Source of the DNA: an uncultured Sphaerobacteraceae bacterium
Lineage (GTDB): Bacteria; Chloroflexota; Chloroflexia; Thermomicrobiales; UBA6265
Direction of reading: 5' to 3'
Assembly (NCBI GenBank): GCA_964461025.1
Contig: CAYWSE010000014.1
Location: forward strand, 1,094 to 65,093
DNA: 64,000 bases
A program made the translations under genes and the position numbers. Under the pieces are notes generated by a model, which did not search any database, had not been told where the DNA came from, and saw nothing but the letters and a program-made list of their open reading frames with translations. Below are positions 46,686-55,791 of this stretch, piece by piece; within the stretch, counting starts at the first letter, position 1; the number at the start of each line of letters is the position of its first letter.

Positions 46686-47660
46686 TCAGGAGACTTCGAA
46701 GGTCTCGATCATGCCGAGAGAAGCGTGCGATGCGCCATCATGTTCGGGATCGGGCATCCAGCAGACCATGCCGTAGGCGCCTGGTTCGAAGCTGGTGATG
46801 ATCCATTGCCGTGAACCGTCTGACTGGATTGCCGAGTAAAAAGGCGTGACGCCGTAGTCGAATCCTTCCGGCAACCCAAGAGCCGGGTCGGGTTCGGCGT
46901 CCGCGGGTGCGGTCATGAACGCTTCGAGCTGTTCGGGTGTAACCAGATCGGTGATCTTCACGAACTCGATGTACATCGGTTGTGAGCTCTGGTTGGTGAT
47001 CTCGATAATCTGGCGCTCAGTGGAGAACTCACCCTCGATGTCGAAACGAAACTCATCGTTCTCGCTGACCCCGGTTATGCTCATAGTGGCCTGGGGGATT
47101 GACTGTATAGACGGGGGACTGCCGGTCACGGTGAGCGGAATGGCGGCCGGATCGTACGAATCTGCCCAGATCACCCAGTTGCCGGCGGCAAGATCGACGA
47201 TACCCTGCTCGGTTGTGCCCGGCGTCGGCGAAACGCCGCCGGCCAGAGTCATGTCGTAGAGCCAGCTGAGATCGGGTCCGCCGCCGGGAAACTCGGTCTC
47301 CGGCGTGGCAACCGGTTCGACCCGGCCCGCAGTCTCAGCGAGCTTCCGGTTGAAGTCGTCGACCGTCCAGTCACCGGGCAGCAGGGCGAACGCAGTCGTA
47401 CCGAATTCGCGCTCGCCTTCGTAGGAAACCGTCACAAGATACCGCCCGGCGCTGAGTTCGGCGGGAGCATCCCAGCCTTCGTCGGTGGCGGCGATGACAA
47501 TCTCCGGCAAGCCGAGGTCCTCTCCGGTCAGCAGTTCGTCATCGTCCTGCAACGCGGCAACGGGTCCGAGGTGGGACGACATGAGCAACGACGCGGCAAT
47601 CAGCAGCGCAGTGATCATCATGGTCGTGGTGCGTCGTTGTCGCGACATGGCGTTGTTCAT
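46686..47660 (-). CDS. Secreted hypothetical protein with cupredoxin-like C-terminal motif
   Basis: Signal peptide MMITALLIAASLLMSSHLGPVAA. C-terminus GAYGMVCWMPDPEHDGASHASLGMIETFEV has a Cys...His...Met pattern. Starts 8 nt after the sucB stop. Confidence 0.6.
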   Translation of the reverse strand: MNNAMSRQRRTTTMMITALLIAASLLMSSHLGPVAALQDDDELLTGEDLGLPEIVIAATDEGWDAPAELSAGRYLVTVSYEGEREFGTTAFALLPGDWTVDDFNRKLAETAGRVEPVATPETEFPGGGPDLSWLYDMTLAGGVSPTPGTTEQGIVDLAAGNWVIWADSYDPAAIPLTVTGSPPSIQSIPQATMSITGVSENDEFRFDIEGEFSTERQIIEITNQSSQPMYIEFVKITDLVTPEQLEAFMTAPADAEPDPALGLPEGFDYGVTPFYSAIQSDGSRQWIITSFEPGAYGMVCWMPDPEHDGASHASLGMIETFEVS

Positions 47661-47668
47661 CCTCGGCC

Positions 47669-48943
47669 TCAGCCCTCGAGCAGCAGCGCAGTCGGATCCT
47701 CGAGTAGTTCCTTGATGCGAACCAGGAAGCGGACGGCGTCGCTGCCATCGACGATGCGGTGATCGTATGAGAGCGCCACGTACATCATTGGCCGGATGAC
47801 GATTTCATCGTTGACCACGACGGGTCGTTTCTGAATCGCATGCATGCCGAGGATGCCAACCTGTGGCGTATTCAGAATCGGGGTCGACATCAGCGATCCA
47901 TAGATACCGCCGTTGGTGATCGTAAATGTGCCCCCGGTCAGCTCTGGCAAGGTCAGACTTCCTTCCCGGGCTCTGGTTGCCAAATCGACGATTTCCTTCT
48001 CGATTTCCGCGAAGTTCTTCTTGTCGGCGTCGCGAATGATCGGAACGACGAGACCTTCTTCGACGCCGACGGCGATGCCGACGTCGTAGTACTTCTTGAG
48101 CACGATCTCGTTGCCGTCGATTTCCCCGTTGACATACGGGAACGCTTTCAAGGCGCCGACAACTGCCTTCGTGAAGAAGGACATGAACCCGAGATTGACG
48201 CCGTGGCGCTCTTTGAATGCTTCCTTGCGGGCCGACCGCACGTCCATGACGGCGGTCATGTCGATTTCGTTGAACGTGGTCAGCATCGCCGCGGTGTGCT
48301 GCGCTTCGACCAGCCGGTTGGCAATGGTCTGGCGGCGGCGCGACATGCGGATGCGTTCTTCCGGCCGGTCGGAAGCCGGGGCAGCAGCTGGCGGCGCCGG
48401 TGGAGCCGAAGCGGCGGCTGGAGTGGCTGGAGCTGGCGGTGCTGCCGGCGCAATCGGCGCTGGCGTGGCAGCCGGCTGAACAGCGGCCATGACGTCTTCG
48501 CGAGTAACGCGGCCGCCTGGTCCCGATCCGGACAGGGCCGCCAGGTTGACATTGTGTTCTTCCGCCAGACGTCGAACCGCTGGAGCCGCCCGGCCGGCAG
48601 CATCTGTTACCGTTTCTGCCGCCGGTGCTGTAGCAACGACAGCGGCTGGGGCAGTCTCGGGCGCTGGTGCTGACTGAGCGGGCGTGCCGTTACTCGAGCC
48701 GCCGCTGCCTTCGCCGATGGTGCCGAGCACCTCGCCGACGACCACCACATCGCCCTCGTTCTTGAGAATCGCGCCCAGAATGCCATCTTCAGTGGCGGCG
48801 ACATCGAGATTGACTTTGTCTGTTTCGAGTTCGAGCAGCGTATCACCGCGGCTGACGGCATCGCCTTCTGACTTCAGCCACTGGCCGACAACGGCGTCGA
48901 CAAGCGATTCCCCCAGCGGAGGAACCCGGATCTCTACCGGCAT
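47669..48943 (-). CDS. sucB: 2-oxoglutarate dehydrogenase E2 (dihydrolipoyllysine-residue succinyltransferase)
   Basis: Lipoyl domain [12 protein letters not shown], Ala/Pro linkers, E3-binding segment [13 protein letters not shown], catalytic SYDHRIVDG. Confidence 0.9.
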   Translation of the reverse strand: MPVEIRVPPLGESLVDAVVGQWLKSEGDAVSRGDTLLELETDKVNLDVAATEDGILGAILKNEGDVVVVGEVLGTIGEGSGGSSNGTPAQSAPAPETAPAAVVATAPAAETVTDAAGRAAPAVRRLAEEHNVNLAALSGSGPGGRVTREDVMAAVQPAATPAPIAPAAPPAPATPAAASAPPAPPAAAPASDRPEERIRMSRRRQTIANRLVEAQHTAAMLTTFNEIDMTAVMDVRSARKEAFKERHGVNLGFMSFFTKAVVGALKAFPYVNGEIDGNEIVLKKYYDVGIAVGVEEGLVVPIIRDADKKNFAEIEKEIVDLATRAREGSLTLPELTGGTFTITNGGIYGSLMSTPILNTPQVGILGMHAIQKRPVVVNDEIVIRPMMYVALSYDHRIVDGSDAVRFLVRIKELLEDPTALLLEG

Positions 48944-48948
48944 TGCAT

Positions 48949-51858
48949 CTAACTCCTGCTCCTGGTCGTGCTACTGCGATCCGGGCTCTTTGATTTGCCA
49001 TTCGATTCCTGTGTCGCCGTCGCTGCCCCGCCGTTCGGCGATTTCGCCGACTTTCTGACGGTCGCGGCAGGGACATCAGCGAACGCTTCGGCCACGATGC
49101 GGGATTGTTCGCGCGCGTGCAGATCGGCAGCGCCCTCGGCTGGACTGGCGCGTTCCGGGCGGCCAATGTACCGCACTGGCAGATCGCCCGCGAGCTCGCG
49201 CAATCGAGCATCCATGAAGGTCCAGGCGCCCATATTGCGTGGTTCTTCCTGCAGCCAGACGATTTCCCGCAGGTTCGGATAGTGACCGATCACCGTGCTG
49301 ATTGCCGTGCGCTGGAATGGCGCCAGCTGTTCGACTCGGGCGATTGCCACACTGGTCGCTTCGGCCCGAGCGTCACTGGAATCGAGATCGATCGCGACTT
49401 TGCCGGAGCAGAGAACGAGCCGGGTCACGGCGTCGCGGCGACTCTCCGCCTGCGCATCATCGAGCACCGGCTGGAAGCTACCGTTCACAAAGTCGGAAAG
49501 TGGACTGGCTGCCGCCGGATTGCGCAACAGGCTCTTCGGCGACATCAGAACCAGCGGACGAGGATCGGAATCGAGCCGAGCCGCCTGCCGTCGCAACAAA
49601 TGGAAGTACTGAGCGGACGACGTGCAATTGGCGACGCGGATGTTGTCCTGTGCAGCAAGCTGCAGGAACCGTTCGAGGCGTCCGCTCGAGTGCTCCGGAC
49701 CCTGACCCTCATAGCCGTGCGGCAGGAGCATCACGAGGGAGGGGTGCGCTTGCCATTTCGATCGAGCAGCGCTGATGAACTGATCGATCATCACCTGGGC
49801 GCCGTTGGCGAAGTCGCCGAATTGCCCTTCCCAGATAACCAGCCGGCCCGGAGCCTGAACGCTGTAGCCATATTCGAATCCAACGGCAGCTTCCTCTGAA
49901 AGAGGACTGTTGTAGACCGCGAACGAGGCTTTGGCTTCAGGTACCGACGCCACCGGAACGATGACATCGCCGGTCTTCGTGTCGTGGAGCACGAGATGTC
50001 GCTGGCTGAAGGTGCCGCGCTCTGCATCCTGACCTGTCAGGCGAATCGGAATGCCGTCCGAAATGATGCCGGCGAAGGCGAACGTCTCGCCGTGCGCCCA
50101 GTCGATCATCGGCTCCGGCTGATCGAGCACTTTCGCCCGGCGCTCCCACTGCCTGGCCAGCTTCGAGCTCATCGTGAAGCCGTCCGGCAGCTCGTGAATC
50201 GACGTGTGGAACGAGCGCAATGTTGCTTCGGGGATGCCGGTTTCAACTTCGGACCGTGGGCCAGGTTGAGGCGCTGGTTCTTCGTGGTGTACTCCACCGT
50301 CGGTCACTGACCGTCGCACGCCGGCAAGGTGATCGAGCGCCGCCTGCAGCATCGCTTCCGGTTCGTCTTCCGACACGGTCCCGTCCGCGATCAGCGCTCT
50401 GGCGTGAAGCTCGCGCACGGTCGGGTGCACGTCGACGATCTCGTACATCAACGGCTGGGTAAATGATGGTTCGTCGCCTTCGTTGTGTCCCCACCGCCGG
50501 TAACCAATCAGGTCGATCAGGAAGTCCTTACCGAACTCTTCGCGGTAGGCGATCGCCATCCGCACGGCGCTGAGGCAGGCTTCCACTTCATCGGCATTGA
50601 CATGCACAACCGGAATCTCGAATCCCTTGGCCAGGTCGCCGGCGTAGAGCGTCGATCGCGAGTCTCCCGGCAGGGTCGTGAAGCCGATCTGGTTGTTGAC
50701 GATGATGTGAATCGTGCCGCCGGTCGAGTAACCGGGCAGCGAGGAGAGGTTCAATGTTTCCGCGACGACTCCCTGACCGGGGAATGCCGCGTCTCCATGG
50801 ATCAGAATCGCCATGCTCGCTTTGTTGTCGCGAACCGGCATGCCTGGCTCGTCGCAGATGTCCTGCGAGGCCCGCACCATCCCCTCGACCACCGGATTCA
50901 CGGCTTCGAGGTGACTCGGGTTCGGCGCCAGCGCCATTGGCACCTCGACCATCATGCCGTTCTGGCCGCGCAGGAGCCGGGCGCCGAGGTGGTATTTGAC
51001 GTCTCCCGAGAAGTCCTGAGCCGGGTCGGCGTCTGACTGCACGTCGGCCTTGCGCCAGCGGTTCCCCTCGAAGGCCGCGACGATTTCCTCGTATGGCTTA
51101 CCGAGGACATGAGTCATCACATTCAGCCGGCCGCGGTGCGCCATGCCGGTGATGATCTCGCGGACACCGTGCGACGCCGCCGTGTGCACGATTTCGTCGA
51201 GCATCGGCACCAGCATGTCGGTTCCCTCCAGGGAGAACCGCTTCTGGCCGAGATAGGTCTGATGAAGGAATTTCTCGAACGCTTCCACATCGGTGAGTCT
51301 GCGCAACAGCGCTCGCCGTTCCAGCCGTTCGAGCGCGGTCGAAAAGCGTTGCGTTTCGACGGCATCGGTCAACCAGCGCCGTTCGTCGATCTGATGAACG
51401 TGATCGAAGTCGAACCCGATCGATCCGCAATAAATCTCGCGCAGGTGCTCGATCGCTTCTCCGGCGTTGGAGGCTCCTTCGGCCAAAGGTCCACTGACCA
51501 CGGCCGGCGAGAGCGAGGCGAGATCCGCGGTGGTCAGATCGTAGCTGGCGGGATCGAGATCGGGAGAACCGGGCGGTTCCGAGCCGAGCGGGTCGAGATT
51601 TGCGGCGAGATGCCCGTAATCGCGGATGGCGCCAACAAGCTCGGAAGCGCCGACGATCTTCTCGACATCGATCGCCGGCGCCGTTGCCACCGGCGCCCTG
51701 GCAACGGCGGCCCCGTTCGTCGATGGCGCGGTGGGTTTGAACTCCTGGAAATAGCGCTGCCAATCACTGCCGACCGAGTCTGCATTCTCCAGATACCGGT
51801 CATACAACTCGAGAACATAACCGGCATTCGGACCATGAAAAACGTCGATATCTGTCAT
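48949..51858 (-). CDS. sucA: 2-oxoglutarate dehydrogenase E1 component
   Basis: Start ATG 51858 gives [29 protein letters not shown]. ThDP region [15 protein letters not shown]. 969 aa. 5-nt gap to sucB. Confidence 0.92.
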   Translation of the reverse strand: MTDIDVFHGPNAGYVLELYDRYLENADSVGSDWQRYFQEFKPTAPSTNGAAVARAPVATAPAIDVEKIVGASELVGAIRDYGHLAANLDPLGSEPPGSPDLDPASYDLTTADLASLSPAVVSGPLAEGASNAGEAIEHLREIYCGSIGFDFDHVHQIDERRWLTDAVETQRFSTALERLERRALLRRLTDVEAFEKFLHQTYLGQKRFSLEGTDMLVPMLDEIVHTAASHGVREIITGMAHRGRLNVMTHVLGKPYEEIVAAFEGNRWRKADVQSDADPAQDFSGDVKYHLGARLLRGQNGMMVEVPMALAPNPSHLEAVNPVVEGMVRASQDICDEPGMPVRDNKASMAILIHGDAAFPGQGVVAETLNLSSLPGYSTGGTIHIIVNNQIGFTTLPGDSRSTLYAGDLAKGFEIPVVHVNADEVEACLSAVRMAIAYREEFGKDFLIDLIGYRRWGHNEGDEPSFTQPLMYEIVDVHPTVRELHARALIADGTVSEDEPEAMLQAALDHLAGVRRSVTDGGVHHEEPAPQPGPRSEVETGIPEATLRSFHTSIHELPDGFTMSSKLARQWERRAKVLDQPEPMIDWAHGETFAFAGIISDGIPIRLTGQDAERGTFSQRHLVLHDTKTGDVIVPVASVPEAKASFAVYNSPLSEEAAVGFEYGYSVQAPGRLVIWEGQFGDFANGAQVMIDQFISAARSKWQAHPSLVMLLPHGYEGQGPEHSSGRLERFLQLAAQDNIRVANCTSSAQYFHLLRRQAARLDSDPRPLVLMSPKSLLRNPAAASPLSDFVNGSFQPVLDDAQAESRRDAVTRLVLCSGKVAIDLDSSDARAEATSVAIARVEQLAPFQRTAISTVIGHYPNLREIVWLQEEPRNMGAWTFMDARLRELAGDLPVRYIGRPERASPAEGAADLHAREQSRIVAEAFADVPAATVRKSAKSPNGGAATATQESNGKSKSPDRSSTTRSRS

Positions 51859-52507
51859 AGGTTTCGATCCTGACCGATCGCTCTGACGCATTCGCCAGGC
51901 GCCGGCGCGCTCCTTCCACGCATCGCCGGAGACACCTCTAGCGCCGCACCGACAATCGCTCGCAAAGGCGGGTGCGTAGTCGGGGCGCCGCGTGTCCCGG
52001 AATAGTACAACCTCAGTCTGGACGCCGCTTGTGAAACCCGGTGGGCGTCGTCCAAATCGTCAAAGTGACACGATTCTGTGACGCCGGCAGGCTGGATGAT
52101 GCACGGACGAGGCGGTTTTGCCGCCATGATTGCGGTGTCGCGCTGGAATATCGCGACACCGGTCGCAACGTGGCGGCAGCGGCGGAGATGAGGGCAATGT
52201 GCGGCGAACGACGTTCGAGCCGGATTTCAAGGCACCCTGGCACTTGTGCCAGGCGTGCGGGTGACGGAGACGAACGGCACCGAAGCCGGGACGCCGCTCT
52301 CCATGTTCGCACCCCCTGACGAACATGCCTCCGCTGCTGCTTCCACGTTGACGACCAGCCTCTCTGCACGTCAGTCAGGTACACGCTTGGTCCTGCCAAG
52401 GGCAGTTTTCCAGTATCGCCAGTTCGATCGGCGCTGCGACGCCCGGTGATCACACGGCCGAACTCGACAATACCAACCGGCGAGATGAGCACAACACGGC
52501 GGCGAAG

Positions 52508-52525
52508 TTGTCACACGTTTGTCAC
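52508..52525 (+). promoter_or_regulatory. Phased direct repeat TTGTCAC-N4-TTGTCAC (candidate operator/promoter element)
   Basis: ttgtcac at 52508-52514 and 52519-52525 (11-bp phasing). The same arrangement occurs at 53118-53135. Confidence 0.45.
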
Positions 52526-53029
52526 ATCGGAAGAGGGGACTGTACGCGTCTGCGATCAGGGGAGTCCGACAATCGGGACTGGAAGAATCTGACGCTAGAC
52601 AAGACGGCGCATGTGATTGGCATTCTCTCTCCGAGCGAAATCGAAGCAGTGCTCAGCCAGAACCGGGTCGGCCGGCTGGCGATGTGTGCGGGTGCGTTTC
52701 CGTACGTCGTGCCAGTCTCCTATGTCTACGACGGCCGGGTGGTCTACGGGTATAGCGGGCCTGGCCAGAAGATCGAGATGATGCGGAGCCAGCCGAAGGT
52801 TGCGTTGCTGGTCGACGACATTCAATCCCATGGCCAGTGGGAATCAGTGCTCGTCGAGGGCACGTTCGAGGAGGTGACCGATCCCGTCGAGCGGATGTAT
52901 GCCTCGGCGGTGCTGAACGGGTTGTCGGATCAGATGATCACGCGTGGCATCGCCGCCGAGCCAGGGTTGGTGCTCTACCGCGTTGTGCCCACGCGAAAAT
53001 CCGGCCGGTTCGAAATCGGCTCGCATTGA
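52508..53029 (+). CDS. Pyridoxamine 5'-phosphate oxidase-family (FMN-binding split barrel) protein
   Basis: LSPSEIEAVLSQNRVGRLAMCAGAFPYVVPVSYVYDGRVVYGYSGPGQKIEMM and WESVLVEGTFEEV are typical. The TTG at 52508 lies inside the repeat element, so the real start is probably internal (e.g. GTG 52613, giving 138 aa). Confidence 0.75.
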   Translation: MSHVCHIGRGDCTRLRSGESDNRDWKNLTLDKTAHVIGILSPSEIEAVLSQNRVGRLAMCAGAFPYVVPVSYVYDGRVVYGYSGPGQKIEMMRSQPKVALLVDDIQSHGQWESVLVEGTFEEVTDPVERMYASAVLNGLSDQMITRGIAAEPGLVLYRVVPTRKSGRFEIGSH

Positions 53030-53117
53030 CGTCGATACGGCCTGGCCGGCACAAATCTCAATAATTCTGAGTGAATTAGTCGGATTATCGCGGACGTTGT
53101 GATGGTCGGACTGCGAT

Positions 53118-53149
53118 TTGTCACGATTTTGTCACACAGGCGTTGTCAA
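53118..53149 (+). promoter_or_regulatory. Phased direct repeat TTGTCAC-N4-TTGTCAC plus a third TTGTCAA (candidate operator/promoter element)
   Basis: ttgtcac at 53118-53124 and 53129-53135 (11-bp phasing), ttgtcaa at 53143-53149. 60-90 nt upstream of ATG 53210. Confidence 0.45.
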
Positions 53150-53209
53150 ACTTCCAGTCAGTAAGTCGCGCCGGGAGATGGCGACATCTCCGTATGTGAG
53201 GGAGCCATC

Positions 53210-53431
53210 ATGGAAAACGCATTTCAGGACGTCCGCGCAACGCTCGTGAGGGATTTGGTCGAACACTATCCGGCGGTGATGTCCCTGCTGACGCCATATG
53301 GCATCGATCTTTGTTGCGGTGGCGGGCGTGAGGTCGGTGAAGCACTCGAACTGCACGGCGCGCCCGTTGACGACGTCGTGGGCGCGATCGTCGCCATCGT
53401 TCAGTCGGAGCAGGAGGCGCTGGCTTCATGA
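53210..53431 (+). CDS. Stand-alone ScdA_N/DUF542 domain protein
   Basis: YPAVMSLLTPYGIDLCCGGGREVGEALELHG matches the D.CCGG...L..A signature of the N-terminal domain of YtfE/ScdA (RIC) proteins. GAGGGAG RBS upstream. Confidence 0.7.
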   Translation: MENAFQDVRATLVRDLVEHYPAVMSLLTPYGIDLCCGGGREVGEALELHGAPVDDVVGAIVAIVQSEQEALAS

Positions 53432-54699
53432 ATCCGGCCAGAGTAGCGCCGGTTGGGTTCGTTGGGGGATTGTTCTGCCTGGCGACAGCAGCGCTGGTCG
53501 CCGGATTGACGAATCGGGATGGCCGCTGGTGGGAAGCGGCCATCCACCTGGCGGTGCTGGGCGGTGTGTTGCCGGTGAGCTACGCGGTCAATCACCGGAT
53601 CGTTCCCGTCTTCTCCCGCCGGAAATGGCAGAGGGAGCAACTCTGGTTCGTTTTGGTCGCATCGAGTCTGGCTGGCGGAGTGCTCTCCGCAGCCGGATTC
53701 CGGTTCGATCACGACATGCTCCTTCAGGTGGGGGCGGTGCTCGGGCTGGTCGGTGGCATGTTGTTCACCGTCCAGATTGGCATGCTGTTCAGGCAGGAAC
53801 CGGCCGGTCCCCTGCCGCCCCTTCCATTTGAAACTCAAACAGCCGTCGATCGCATCGCTACCCGCTTTTCACGCTTGTCCGGTATCTACCTCCTGATTGG
53901 ACTGCTCGCAGGCGTCGCAACCTCCTTTTCAGTGCCGGACCGGGGGCGCTGGGACCTCGTCTGGGCGCATGTGCTGTTGCTCGGTTGTGTGGTCTCGATG
54001 GCGGCGAGTGTGACCTATCACGTCCTGCCGCGATGGTCTGATGGGCGATGGCGAACGCCGCGGCTCATCCCGGTCCATTTTGCGCTCTCGCTGATCGCCA
54101 CACCGGCAATGATCGTGGCGCTGGCAACCGATCAGAGCTGGCTCTTTCGAATTGGCGGTCCGTTGCAGGCCGTGGCGCTCCTCCTTTGGGGCATCAACTG
54201 CGCGCCGTTGATGCTGCGGCTGCCGCAGCCGACCCGCCTGGCCTGGTTCATAGCGTTTGGATTTCTGGCGATGGGCGTGTCGCTCGGCGCGGCGTTTGCG
54301 ATTCGTGAGAAGTTCGGGCCGATCTACCGGCAGGTGCATGCCGAGTTCAATCTCTTCGGCTGGGCCGGAATGCTGATTCTTGGCGCGGCGTATTATCTGG
54401 TGCCCCGATTTGCCGGCAGCGCCATGGTCTGGCCGAGACTGGTCAATCTTCAGATTCCAGCGCTTGCCGCGGCGATCTTTGCCGGCGGGATCGTTCGACG
54501 ACTGCAGAATGGCGGTCGCGGCGACTTTCAGACGGCGATCGAGCTCTCTCATGTTGGCATCGCGCTGGTGCTGGCGTCGTTCGCGGTGCAGATTGCATTC
54601 ACTTTCCGGGCGAAGCCGTCTGCCCCCGTTCTTCTCATCCCGGTCCGGCAGACGAAGAAAACTCCGGAGGGCTCGTTGCCGCTCCGGAGCTCTGGCTGA
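53428..54699 (+). CDS. 12-TM membrane protein, NnrS-like / distant heme-copper-oxidase-like
   Basis: ATGA overlap with the upstream stop. Three helix pairs carry a conserved His then an aromatic-x-(V/L)P motif: AIHLAVLGG...NHRIVPVF, WAHVLLLGC...YHVLPRW, HAEFNLFGW...YYLVPRF. The CDS is solid; the family call is tentative. Confidence 0.55.
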   Translation: MNPARVAPVGFVGGLFCLATAALVAGLTNRDGRWWEAAIHLAVLGGVLPVSYAVNHRIVPVFSRRKWQREQLWFVLVASSLAGGVLSAAGFRFDHDMLLQVGAVLGLVGGMLFTVQIGMLFRQEPAGPLPPLPFETQTAVDRIATRFSRLSGIYLLIGLLAGVATSFSVPDRGRWDLVWAHVLLLGCVVSMAASVTYHVLPRWSDGRWRTPRLIPVHFALSLIATPAMIVALATDQSWLFRIGGPLQAVALLLWGINCAPLMLRLPQPTRLAWFIAFGFLAMGVSLGAAFAIREKFGPIYRQVHAEFNLFGWAGMLILGAAYYLVPRFAGSAMVWPRLVNLQIPALAAAIFAGGIVRRLQNGGRGDFQTAIELSHVGIALVLASFAVQIAFTFRAKPSAPVLLIPVRQTKKTPEGSLPLRSSG

Positions 54700-54797
54700 G
54701 CGCACCTGACTGCAAGGAACTGCAGTAACGCAAGGAGGAAGTTCGTGCCGACTGGTGCGCTGGACACCCTTCTGTAGCGCCAGGAAGGACCGGCGCG

Positions 54798-55613
54798 CTA
54801 GCTGACTACCACGGTGCCCGTCATGTTGGCGTGAAACTCGCAGAAGTACTCAAACGTGCCCGGGGCATCGAACGTCTGGGTGAACGTTCCACCCGAAGCG
54901 ATCGGTCCGGACTGGAATCCTGAACCTGAAGGCGACTGTGTGACCGTATGCGGCGATCCGTCGTTGTTCGTCCATGTGACAGAGTCGCCAACGCCTATTT
55001 CAATGGTGGCTGGATTGAACGCGAAGCCCTCGATGGTCACGGCGGTTTCGCCAGCCATCGCGCTACCGTCCATCCCCATGCCCATGTCCATCGAGGCGCC
55101 GGTCAGGAAGATCGTCACCATGGTTGTGCCGTCGCCGTTGTCGTGAAGCCACGCCACGCCGCCGAATCCGGAGTTGTTGAGCGCCGCCAAACCGAAAGCG
55201 AGATCAGATTGACCCATCAGCGTACCGCCGACGTCACCACAGGCGATGTAGTTCTGGATATTCGCGTCGCTCTCATGGACGACAAGGGTATGACCGCCGG
55301 CGGCAATGTCGGCGAGCGCTGCCTGCACGGTCGTCTGGCTGCTCTCGACCGGAATCGCCGTTGATACGCCCACCGTGCCGCCGGCCATCATCATGCCGTC
55401 AACCGAGTAATCGAAACCAACGTTAGTCAGTGGATAGACGACGTCGCCGGGAGCCGCACATGTGCCGGTGTGCAGATGGGCAGGATGTGTTGCAGGCATC
55501 CCCTGTGCGACAGCCGAACGTGTGGCCGCACCCGTCGCCAGCGCGCTGGCAAGGGTCAACGCGAACGCCAGCGCAACGATCGGCCGGATTGGTATTCGCA
55601 GTCTCGACATCAT
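54798..55613 (-). CDS. Secreted two-domain copper protein (SOD-like/CHRD-like N-terminal domain plus C-terminal cupredoxin)
   Basis: Signal peptide IVALAFALTLASALATGAA. N-terminal HPAHLHTGTCAAPGDVVYPL and GGHTLVVHESDANIQNYIACGDVGG. C-terminal type-1 Cu ligands in GSPHTV and FEYFCEFHANMTG. Confidence 0.7.
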   Translation of the reverse strand: MMSRLRIPIRPIVALAFALTLASALATGAATRSAVAQGMPATHPAHLHTGTCAAPGDVVYPLTNVGFDYSVDGMMMAGGTVGVSTAIPVESSQTTVQAALADIAAGGHTLVVHESDANIQNYIACGDVGGTLMGQSDLAFGLAALNNSGFGGVAWLHDNGDGTTMVTIFLTGASMDMGMGMDGSAMAGETAVTIEGFAFNPATIEIGVGDSVTWTNNDGSPHTVTQSPSGSGFQSGPIASGGTFTQTFDAPGTFEYFCEFHANMTGTVVVS

Positions 55614-55791
55614 TCGATATGCCCCCTAACGTTTCGGAAACGATCAGAATGACCGCTCCCATCGGTGTGTCGTTCGCGCCGGCGCGATTACCATTCACAA
55701 CGCACAGATCGGTTGCGTGGATCACTCAACGCCGCGCCTTCGGTCAGGGTAGCGGTCCTTTTCGTCCAAATCCATCCGTCAGGTGACAGAC

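Noticed and set aside
52013-52492. 159-aa ORF (minus) and 92-aa ORF 52041..52319 (plus) in the sucA upstream spacer
   Set aside because: Arg/Ser-rich translations, mutually overlapping on opposite strands, no start-site signals or motifs. Treated as non-coding (see finding on the structured spacer).
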